DNA of 64,000 nucleotides from Pocillopora damicornis (Eukaryota): NCBI RefSeq assembly GCF_003704095.1, contig NW_020846873.1, positions 62,001 to 126,000 of the forward strand, read 5' to 3'. Shown piece by piece: positions 26,141 to 37,600 of this stretch (position 1 is its first letter; each line of letters starts with the position of its first letter). The notes under the pieces were generated by a model. It saw only the letters and a program-made list of their open reading frames with translations, ran no database searches and was not told where the DNA came from. The position numbers and the translations under genes were made by a program.

Positions 26141-26240
26141 ATGGCGAAGTCTTCTAACGCTTTGTGGATTGCTACATCTGTTATTCTGGTTACTGTAATG
26201 GCTGGCAGTGTAATGCTGTGGAGCAAAAGGGAAACATCAG
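26141..26240 (+). CDS. Candidate signal-peptide/signal-anchor coding exon (alternative first exon or separate micropeptide)
   Basis: ATG at 26141 gives MAKSSNALWIATSVILVTVMAGSVMLWSKRETS, ending at a CAG|GTCAGT donor in phase 1. An upstream acceptor TTTACAG ends at approx. 26053. Confidence 0.45.
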
Positions 26241-29072
26241 GTCAGTTATAATTAAGTTCAATATGTCGTAACTTCAATGCCCAATTGGCCTTTAGTTGAT
26301 GACCGAGTAACACTTAGACAGAACTTTTGGCCCCAGAATGACCCATTCCAAACTCAGTTATGAATCTATGATTGACTGGTCTTGTTTTCCACAAAAAGGG
26401 GTCTGAAGTGAACAATCGAAAAGTTCAGCGAGTATTCGAGAAACTTTTTGCTTATAAGGAATAGAACCTACGTAGCGAAAGTCACGTTTTTTGCTTGCAT
26501 TCCTTCGATCTCTCACAATTCTCAGTTGGGGGTCTGATATACCTACAGATCGAACATGTCGAATCAATCACTAAAGCTAAGCCGTTCATTTCACACATTG
26601 AAATCATGACATCAATACTAAATGGGAATATGGGCTAAAATCGAGAAACAAATGCGTTGCAAGTTCGATTTTTCTAATGCAGCGCTGGTCAACTTCCACG
26701 ACACCGGGTCAAGACAACTTTTGATTAATTGGACCATGTCTTCAAGAGAAGCAATCACGTCCAGAAAACGCAACATTTGCCAAGTGTTTTACAGATGTTT
26801 CATAACGTTTGCAAAAGAACAGGTTCTCCCTTTAACATCATCTCTTACGGATGAAATAATATACAATTTTAAAAACCTGCACTTGACTTTCAGAGAAATG
26901 ATCTCTCAGAGATTTCAAGTTTATATATTTATAATCAACAGCAGTCGGTAGACTTCGAACTGCATCAGTGAGTTACCTGATATTCTGGCTGTGTTAAATA
27001 CTAAAAGCTCGAGGTCGATTACAAAATCTTAAATCTTCCTGCACTTATCATGTTGTACGTCAAATCAACGCAGACTCTGCAATCAAGAACATGCATGCCA
27101 AGTTTATCATAAAGATTCCTCCAATGATTTTTCCCAGAGATGGGTACTTCAGTGGGAGTAATTGATCAATTTTTGGGAACAGGGATGGTGTTGAAGGCTT
27201 CTCACTGACTATGACCCTGTTTCGGACAAAAAAATAGAAATCAACAAACCTTCCCTGAGTAAGAAAAAACCCATCAATTAGGGGACCTCTTTGGACAAAT
27301 ATTTTGTGGACAAATATTTTTTAATACCTTATTCAGGAAAATCCTCATTTGCTGTAACTTCGATACACAAATATTACCAACGCGAGTTACAAAACAAGTT
27401 TCGACCAAGAACTCGTCAGTTGATTGCTATACAATATTAGAGTGAACGTAAACATGCTTCCGTGTAGCAACATGTGAATAAGATAACCTCTCAAGTGAAA
27501 TCTCCCAGAAACTACTTTTTTCATTCCACTTTTTTCTTAATTCACCGAGTCGCTGGGGTAAGGCTTATTCGAGTAATTGCGATATTTGATCATGGAACAG
27601 ACTCGACTTTGGAATGTCGTCTAGCTCACGGTTCATGCGGTTTTAGGTAAACAACGATACTTCTCGAATGAATAGAAGTAAACAATATTTGGGATATCTG
27701 TCAACACATCCGACTAGCTAATTGTTTTTACGCCAAAGTAGCTTTACCTTATCTTTAAGAAAATCCTAACAAAAATGACTAAGGCTCATTCAATTAACCT
27801 AAATTCCTTGTTCTTAACAAACATGCAGTACAAAGAAAAATAAATGAAAAGTCAAAACAAAACCCGTGTAATAAAACTTTGACAGTTTTAAGTAATGTTA
27901 CCTGTACTTACTTCCAAGTGTCATTTACTCTTCTACAAATACGTCAAAAGAGAACTTACAAATGTGTATGACTGTACTACGGGTCACGGACAGCCTAGCC
28001 TATACATACCCACCGAGACAACAGCTGCGAAAAAGACTAGAAATCTACATTCTTCTTGCCCAGAACTAAAAAAAAACCAACTACAACAACAGCCAAAAAA
28101 TTGCCTCACAAAGGCTGTTAAGGGTGATAATCTCGCATCTTAAGCTATCCAAGTATGTTTCAAGGCCATAAAAAAGGAGCAGCCTAGCCCGAGGCTAGCA
28201 AAGCAAGACATTTAAAAAAAATCTATTTAGTCATCAGCATTTATACAATTGAGCAAACTCAGCAATAAGAACGAACAAGAGATTATATTCTCTTGGAACG
28301 ACTGAACAAACCACCCAACTTGCTCAGAAAATATTTGAAAGGAAATGAACTAAATCAACTCGAAAACAAAATTATAATTTTCCCACTTTCAATGACTATT
28401 TCCATAAGCGGCTACTGATGATTACATTACATCGATGTAATGGGCGGCTGGGGCGAAAGGTGAAATCCAAACTCGAGAGCGGGCTCGGGAGACAGATAAT
28501 CGGTTTTTATTGAAACTTCCACTAAATAACATCTCCTATGGTTTTATTGTTCTGTTACAGGAATGAATCAAACTCCGCTAATTCCCTATTTCTCATAACC
28601 GTCTTTCAATAGTGAGCACTATTTTTAGAATAAGAATGATTTACGTCATTGAATTGAGAAGTCGCAGTCTCTTTGGACGAGCGTTCTCTATCGTCGAAAC
28701 TTAAAATTTTAGAATTAGTTCATTTGAATGGAATACGTTGTAGTATCCACTTTGCGTGCGGGCCATTAGCAACACGCACAAGTTGGTTAGGAACCTCTCA
28801 ACAGTGTTTTGTTTTTTCGTGATGTCCGCCGGCACGATGCTCAAACATTCTTTAATGACTCCACCTTTTGAATTCAATAATTCAAACGAGACAAAGGCTA
28901 TCTCAGTGTCATCACGCTAGACAGTCCGTACGCTCCCATCCGACACACGGCAATGTTGATAACAGACAATTTAAAAACGCGCGTCAACCCGAAACGGTTC
29001 AGTGCCACAGTGAAGTTTGTCGTGTGAGGAGATCGAGGATTTTCGAGGTTGTGATTACTAAATTGAGCATTC

Positions 29073-32049
29073 ATGGCCAAGGAAAAAGGCTATTTTCCAC
29101 TCTGTACAGGAGTTTCCATCGCCTTGTTAGTGGTTGTGGCCTGTCTTCTTGTTATTCTTAATAGAGGCAAGTAATTTTATCATTAATTGAACTTTATTCA
29201 TTTGAAAAAAATATCAACAACCATAATATCACCAAACCAAAGATTAATCGCCACTCTCTGTGACTGAGAAGTTGATTTATGAGAATAGAGAGACTTCTCG
29301 ATTAGCCGGTTAAGTCGCTTAAAAGCGATTTTTCTTTCCACCCATTTCAACAGATTCATACTACCCTTTAACTTACAAAATTTTAAAATATAGAAACGGG
29401 ATTATAAAGTGCGGTAAGGAGTGACTACTTTGATGAAATATTTGAAATGTAAATTAAATCTAGGGAAACAGGACACGTTTCTCTCAGCAACTTTATTTCA
29501 ACTTAAAACCTTTCGCAAAGAAGACTTTGAACGTGACTTCGCAGTCTTCGCGTGGTTAATAATCATACTTCAAGTGCTGATTTGATAAGTAAACTTCTTC
29601 AATCATGTAGGACTTCTCTGTTCTCAATTATACCAATTCATTCTTTATCATTCGCAATCAATCACGTCAAAAGAAATTTAGGGTATTCTACTTAGTGTAT
29701 CTGTTACGAAAACTTGCGTCCACTCTTCCTCGGTAGGTAATCATCAAGGAGAGTTTATAATGCATACTTCAAACGTGCTTATTTTGCTTCAGTTTTTTTC
29801 TTTCCGCCGATATACCGTGTGTAGAAGAGCTCTAGGCTACAATTGAGAAATTGAACGTTTCCGGCCCAACTCCTCCCATTTACTTTCGACCGATCACGCA
29901 AAGAACCTCATGGATCATTGGTCAATGAGAACTGCTCTCGTGAAATCTGTTTCGTGCTTTTTCGCGTCAACAAGGTTTAGAAATCAATATCGTACTTGTT
30001 GTTTATAAGGAAACTGAACCAATTTATTCATAAACAGGATTTATTAGTTTAATTAGTATAAGCTACGATCAAAACAATTTTTTGTCCTGTATTGAACAAG
30101 CCCGATGCACGATTTTAGGGTTTTTTCCTTTGCTTTCTCGTTGAGCGTTTTGCACATCACAGTTCATTTCACCTAGTTTAGTGTAATACAGTACCACGTC
30201 GTTTCAGTTGTATCCTTTTAATTGATGGCCTGGTAAGCAATTGACGTGTTGATTTAAGTAGTTATTCAGTTTTATCAAAATTCGATAGCTATTTTGCAAA
30301 TTGTGAAGGGAAGTTGTAGCCGTACGTGACTCAGATAGATTACGTGGTAATAATGTCATTTTTATAATGAGAAGTGGATAATTAAGATTTCACTTATCAG
30401 TAATGAAAAATCCATCAATTTTACTTGAACTGTAAAAATATCAAACAAACAAAAAAAGAGAAAAAAACGCGATGATCACCTTAGACAGTACTGCATCTCT
30501 GTTGTATCCAGCGACCTTATTTCAAATGGCGAAATACTTTAACTGCACTAGGCTTCATAGGTCTACATTGGAAATTTATTTCAGAAGCTCTTAAATGTTC
30601 ATTCGCTAAGTCGAAATGATTTCGTGTTGCCACCCGTTTGGAACGCAGATCGAGTAGAGGAGCCACGGGTTTTTTTTATGCAGGTAGTGACATACAGTCT
30701 CTTTCCTTGATTAACGTCAATTGAAGCTTTGAAGTTTCATACAGTTTAAGTTTTACCTTGAGTTTTAGAAAGCTCTCACTTCATTTGGCGCGCCATACAA
30801 CGATTGCATGTTTTACAGATGGAAAGCCTGATGGAATTTTATAATTATTCGCAATTTCGCCGATATGTTAATGAGACATTTTAATTAGACGAGCTAAGCC
30901 TTAGACATCATATTTGGAGAAACAAGGCTTTAAAAGTTTATTTCATCTTGGTCTTCTTCGCTCACGTTATCATCTCAAGATTCCGCCTCCTCGAAAAATA
31001 GGAACAAAATACTCTCCAGGGTAGTTTTTTTTCTGTTTATTTATCAAACAAGAGTATTCTGCCGGCGTTGTCAGTTTGATCATAAATTCAGTTTTTGTCG
31101 GGACACAGAGAGGTGAATCAGCAACACCAGTTTTGATTGATCCCACATTCCTGTGAGTCAGCTAAGTATGAGTTTAGTGAAAAAAATTCAATGAAGCCCA
31201 TTTGGATGGGGAAATAACGGCAAGAATTTTTTTATTGATTTATCTTTCCCTCTAGACCCCAACTTAACTAATATTTACTCGGACTGGCTCTCTATGTTTT
31301 CCTCAGATAACACAGAGATTGCTACGGAACATGTACAAAACCCACGAGAGACTGCACCCAAACAAAAGAAGAACATCTCACAGACAGGGAATTCTACTTT
31401 AATAACTGAGACAAAATCAACACATATTCACTACAATCGAAGGGAGTTCTGTCAAACGTGCTGTCACACACCACCGTAAGTATCTAAAACAATGTAATTT
31501 GGCTATCGCGGAGTTTGAATTATACTTCAACAGCTTCTTCATACCCTCCCCTCCCTTCCGCTTAATAAAGCAAATCCAAACACGCTGAGGGAAAAAAAAT
31601 TGGGATTGTGGCATTTTCGTTTCGGACAGTGCTCCACTCACATAGTGTCGACTCTCATTATTATTATCATTATTATTACTATTATTATTATTATTATCAC
31701 GTTTCTTTAGAATAAGAATTTTCTCTTTGGTCGAGGACGGTCTCGTTCTAAAATGTTCACCACTTTTTGAGTGACTCAGCCCTTGTACTACAAGTTGTGG
31801 TGTCGGCTGATTTAAAATCAACTTCGTCGAAGTCCTTTGTATTTTGAAAACGCGTTGCAATAATTTTAACTAAAGAAGTCGTCTATTTCTCGACAACACA
31901 GATGCTGGTACAAGAACCACAAAAAATGTAGCAAGTGTGCGAACAGCAGACAATCAAAGCTCTTGATAAAAAGAATTCTTCAAAGATCGAAGACGAAAGC
32001 GGCGAAACATCATCTCAGGAGGAATAATAAAACAAACTTGAAGGATTAA
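29073..32049 (+). CDS. Putative secreted cysteine-rich peptide precursor, 136 aa, 3 exons, family unknown
   Basis: Exons are 29073-29166 (AG|GCAAGT donor), 31307-31475 (TTTTCCTCAG acceptor, GTAAGT donor) and 31902-32049 (CACAG acceptor). They join in frame to MAKEKGYFPLCTGVSIALLVVVACLLVILNR-DNTEIATEHVQNPRETAPKQKKNISQTGNSTLITETKSTHIHYNRR-EFCQTCCHTPPCWYKNHKKCSKCANSRQSKLLIKR-ILQRSKTKAAKHHLRRNNKTNLKD*. Confidence 0.6.
31656..31698. repeat. Imperfect (ATT)n microsatellite
   Basis: ATTATTATTATCATTATTATTACTATTATTATTATTATTATC. Confidence 0.9.
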
Positions 32050-32731
32050 TGAGGAACAATCAAGTAAAAAGAACAACATTCAACTTTAAATCACAGGAAT
32101 TCTTTAGCAGATAGCTGGCCTCGCGCAAATTCTTCGTCTAGAGGGAGCTTCTTACTCAGGGAATTCGAAAAACAAGCGAGGAAGTAGGTCATATTCTGAA
32201 TTGTCAAGAGGAAAATGAAATACTTGACCCTCAAAGCCATCAGTGCAAGCTTAATGCACGATCTTTGTTGGCCTATTGTCACGCAAAGGACGAGAATATA
32301 TCTAAGCAGTACGGAATCATCGAGACTGCACCTGGCCTACAGTTTACATATCCACGCATGTTCAGTTAACGCTTAAAAATCTTAGTCTCCCCTTCATGTC
32401 TCAAACACAGATTTTGAAATTCGAGAATTTTATCAAGATATTACCAATGTATTAAATTATATATACTCTATATCACATTTAAATTAAAATGTAAATAGGG
32501 TCAAACATTAAAGTCTGTATCTCAATTGAAACCGGCTACTTTACAGTCCAGCTCTCAGTGTAAGTTTCTTCTCTTCTTTTGTTTTAAGACATCTCATCTA
32601 AAAAGTTTAGCTGAGAGAGGAGAAATAATTTGAAGGGCTAAGTGAAGTTTCGATACACTTCGTTTTAAAAAGAACCAGCGATAGAGCTCGGGGCTATGCC
32701 CCCTAAAACCGAGCTGGTGCCGCAATACATC

Positions 32732-33587
32732 TTAGGGCCTGTTAACATGGAGGTGGGGGACCCAAGGTAGGTGAGGTAACCCGCCTAGCCGTGTTCGAAA
32801 AATAAAAAAGCGTTTACATGCAATCTTACAACCCCGGGGTGCTGGGGTGAGGTTTCTTGAGGTTGTTGTTGCGCTTGCAATTAAGGGCCTGTTTACACGG
32901 AGGCGGAGGACCCCAGGTAGGTGAGGTAACCCGCTTAGGTGGGGTAACCCGCCTTTCCATATAATTTCTTATTTTATCTTGATCACGTTTACATGATAGG
33001 TGGGGTAACCCGCCATGGCAAAAAGCTCAAAAGCTAAACACGTATATTTTAAAAATGTGCATTTCCTAGCCGTCTCATGGCAGAAATCACCAGAAACCGC
33101 AACGGACACACAAGGAGTGTAAAATATTCAAATGTGTTGTGTTACGCGGTGTTTGGTTTCGCGAGGAACCGTTGACTTAATACGTTATACGGAATAGTTT
33201 GGGAAACCAAATATGGTCGATTTACAACGCTAAATATTCCGAAATGTGAACATTTTACACTCCTTGTGTGTCCGTTGCAGTTTATGGTGATTTCTGCTAT
33301 GAGACGGCTACGAAATGTACAAAGTTTTAGAACATACATGTTTCGCTTTTGAGCTTTTTGCCATGAGCGCGACCCCAGCTAGGCGGATTGCCCCACCTTG
33401 AGACGTTTACATGGCAAATTGTCACCCCGGCTGATAGGGTTACCCTACCCGGTAGACCGGGCAACCCGCCTAAGCGGGTCACCCCACCTATCATGTAAAT
33501 GAGATCAGGATAAAATAAGAAATTATATGGACAGGCGGGTTACCTCACCTACCTGGGGTCCCCCACCTCCATGTAAACAGGCCTTAG
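32732..33587. mobile_element. Nested PIF/Harbinger-like MITE complex with an internal ~350 bp palindromic element
   Basis: A GGGCCTGTT(A/T)ACA(T/C)GGAGG terminus occurs at 32735 and again at 32885, with the inverse terminus ending at 33587. An inner element at approx. 33014-33365 has inverted arms over 100 bp long, starting CATGGCAAAAAGCTCAAAAGC. Confidence 0.75.
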
Positions 33588-34604
33588 ATATGTCTAAACT
33601 TTGTCAGTGAATAGTACTTTTTGCGCTCGCTGATTGGCTTATTCGTAAGTGATTGGCAAGGACCGTTCACCCTCAGGGCAACCGAAAACAAAATCTTGGG
33701 TCAAGAGTGTTACCCTTTGCGTCTTAACATCAGAATGCAAGTTACCTGAGGTACTCTCGAGGAGAATTCGTCTAACGGTCAAGAGCTTCCCGAGATTGCG
33801 ATCGTTACCTTTATTCTCGAGACCTTTACATTTGATTCAGGATTGGTGGTGTATGGAAAAATTAGATGCTTATCACTTTTATGGGTTTAACAGTCAATTT
33901 CCGAATATACTTCAATGTTATGACCAACAGACACTAATCGTTTGGTCTCCATGTAGTCTAAACTGAATCAATTATTCACCTCAGAGTCAGTGATATTTAC
34001 CTCCATTTTTGTGATTAATTATCCAACGAGTCAAACATGGACGGACTATGAAAGGATTATGCGGATTTTTAACCGCACTGTACAAAATGCGTGCTCCACA
34101 GCTGTCGGTCACTACGCTGACTCGCAGGAAGCAAGCCAAACTTTTGAAAAAAAAAAAAAAAACCGACTGTTTTAAGGCGCGCATGCCCACAGTATGGTGG
34201 TGGAGGGTCATTTACAATAACAATCTCCACCATTAGACACACTGAATATTCTTTTATTATTTTTTTTATTGCTTTATATTCTATTTTGCTTTGTGAAGAG
34301 GCAACCAGGGAGCATGCTAATTTGAAAGTGAGCTGGTTATGTTGTGATATGATTCATATATGGTAAAAAAAGAATCTTTCACACAGAAGGAGAAATAATA
34401 TTAAAGAAACTCAATCCACTAAAAATGTCTCTTCTTTCCATGCCGTTCGTTTCGAGTAGTGAGCATTTGTGCCCACATTCAACATGGTGATGCAGCATTG
34501 TCGCAAACTGACACCATTTAAAAACAGAATCATCGTGTGCTCAAACAAGTATAGTTTAGTCCATCACTGTCAAGGGGAATTTAAACGCTTCTTTAGCACA
34601 ACAT

Positions 34605-37600
34605 CTATGGGTGAGGGTGGTCATCTCTCCTGGGTCTGTGAATAAAGAAAGAAAATCCACATGAAAACGTGATAAACTCAGATGTACCGTCTGTTACTCG
34701 CCCAAGTCATCGTTATGTCCCAACACTTTCAATCCAACTATTCACTAACTGAAATGATCGAACTCATGATGTTACGTCAATTGAGGTAATCCGTAGTCAG
34801 CGCTAAACGTGACAGTTCAAGCTTGGGAAGACAGAAAACGTCAGCTCGGCCACAAATTTGCATGACCTGGAAACATATCGATAGTATTCAGTTATTATTA
34901 ATGAGGCAAAACGGAGAAATGGGACAGGTTATTACCGTGGAGCGGCTTTGACGATGTTGTCAACCCTAACAATCATTTCGGCTGCTTCTGCTGCTGACGC
35001 CAGGACTTGTTTCTTGACCTGGTAGGACTCAGTGATACCCATCTCAGCCATGTCCCCAATACTGCCCTGAGTCATGTCTGAACACAATAAAAGTAAGTTT
35101 CTTAAACTCTGTTCTTTCGTTCTTCAACAATTCTGCTCCACTCGAGATGAAATGCATCCCAGTTTAAGTATGAGTTCATGAAACTACTGGTTGTTGTTTG
35201 TCATTTTCAAATGACGAAGCTAAGGTTACGTTCGCAACATGATTATTCCGCAATCCGCGGTGTTTTTTTTTAACTTACTAAGGCACCAAACAGACATTAA
35301 GGCGATATCTGCTGTTTCAAACATCCTAATTCCACAATAATATTTTCAGTCATCACTATCATGCTTAGAAGAAAAAAACCCTTCCATCTCTATAGCTAAA
35401 TTAGTAGGAACTTGAATCTTCAGGTTACCAATCAGTCAGTTGAGTCCAACTACAAAGGGGAAAGAGTAAATGTTACTGAAGGGAGTTCAATGATTGGCCC
35501 ACCATAGGTGGATAAGGGCACTTGAACAAAAATAAGGCACTTGACATATATGGAGATTGCAATACTGAGAAGAAAAATACAAGTATTATTGAGCGTTTCA
35601 ACAGAAGCAAGTAATACTTACCCAGACCATAGGTTTTCTTTCCTTCTGTGTGAGCCGCTCGAAGTTTTGCCACCAAATCAGCGCTGTCATAGCCTGCATT
35701 GTCAGCTATCACGGTGGGCAGCTAATGTGTTAAACAGAACAATACATTATTACACTACCACCTTGATTCTACAAATCACTTGATGTAAAGATCACATTGC
35801 CCATTACATTGATGTAATTAGATGTGATATTACAGGGCGACTACACCTACCGAGGTAATGTAAAATGACCAATTTGATAACAATGACATCTACATCACTT
35901 TTATAACGGTCATACATTGCTTTTTGAAGCGCTTTGATGACAAGACATGAGCGATTGCTTCGCCATTCTTTAACATAATTGCTGGCATGCTTTCGTCCAT
36001 AGCACTAAACAGCACCATTGAATCTCGTTGGATCTCGGATCACTTTTTGTTTTCAAGAAAGTAATTGATAGTTCTATGTGACACCCTAACAGTCTATAGA
36101 ACAGAAGTGTCCTTTTGTCCCCCCCCCCCCCACCCTCATCCCCCATGTCATTCCCTTGCTTGCACCCCTTTCTACCTGAGTACCTTGAATAGATTTCATT
36201 GTGGAGAGTGAATATTTTGAATTATTTTTCAGCTTGTACAGTTTTTCTTAACCTATACTCAAGTATATAATGTACCTGTCTCAATGCAGCTGCAAAAGCT
36301 TCCATAGCTGCAGCTTCTTTACCAGGAGTCTTTGCAGCAAGCTGTGAAACTGCATTGGCCATCAACATTTCTGAGGCACCTAACAGGTCAGGTAGTAGAG
36401 GGTCAACAATCAATTGTAAAGATTGAATATATGGCTAGTATTTTTCAAGATACACAAACCAAGATGGACATTTACAAGTTAGCTCTGCTAAGAAACACAA
36501 CCACTACCACAAGCAAAAACAGTGAAGGGTAACCTTCAGCATTTCAAGATGTTGCTATTGTTAATATAATCAAAACTATAACAAAATTATCTAGTTTGAT
36601 TGGTCATCAGCCCAATTTGTGCACTAATAAGACAGTGTATGCATCATGCTTGTAATTGGACAGTGTAAAAGGACAGTTAAAGGGACAATTAAGACATCAT
36701 GCTTGTGTAAGTGGACAGAACGTGCCATATGTGCACGATGTTGTCTCGCATTTCACCAAGTTAACTGTTGTTTTATGAAAATGTACAACTGGTGTCTAGT
36801 TTCTCAAATTTTGTCGTAGTTTTGATTAATTGGTAACAGGACTTTGTGTCGTCCAATTCTGTCTGTAATCATTAATTATACTCCACTGGGTCCTATAACC
36901 ATTATAAATTAACATTGGTGGGACTGACTAGTGTACACTGGTAAGAAGCAGCCATTGTAACAAAGAGCTTCCACCAAAGATATAAGACTTGACTAATCCT
37001 ACCTCCTCCACACACTGTTCTTGTTTCCTTGACAGTTTGAGTGAGAACACACAGTGCATCATGAAGTGACCGATCTGCTTCATCCAGGATCTGCTGTGTG
37101 GCACCTCTGATTACTATGGTGCAGGCCTCATTAAGCTTACAGCCAGAAAAATGAAGCAACTACAATAAAAATACAATATTAAAATAATTTAGTAAAGAGA
37201 ACAGATCTCAGGCATAATGCTAATCTTCTTTTTTTTTCCTGAACAAAACTACCAACTATAGAGTCCACCTTTTGTCAGCCTTGATTGACAAACTCATTTC
37301 TCCATCTACAGAGAGGTTCATTTTATTTGTTTGGGTACAGAGGAACCTAAAGAAGGTTCTTTTACCAGCTGGCAAAAATAGTTATAAAAAAAAAACCCCA
37401 AAGGAATCAAATGAGTGGTCAAGTAAAAATGTGTTTTTCATAGTCAAATGTACAGTAGTTAGTTTGATGAGCAAGTTGGTGAGTTTAAAGGCAAGATGTA
37501 TCAAAACAGTTTTAAGTGGATTACTTAATATATGCTACGGGTTAATTATTTGTAGTGAGTGCTAATGATCCATTTAGTTCTGGCATCATGGGTGACATTC

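Noticed and set aside
31417-31860. 147-aa minus-strand ORF with poly-Asn
   Set aside because: It starts at TTG, is extended by the (ATT)n microsatellite, and is antisense to the better supported peptide gene.
34676-34775. C/D-box snoRNA-like segment in the last CCT2 intron (minus strand, ends CTGA)
   Set aside because: There is no canonical RTGATGA C box, and I could not identify a guide complementarity.
35290-35360. GTGATGA box on the minus strand in a CCT2 intron
   Set aside because: No suitably spaced CTGA D box or terminal stem.
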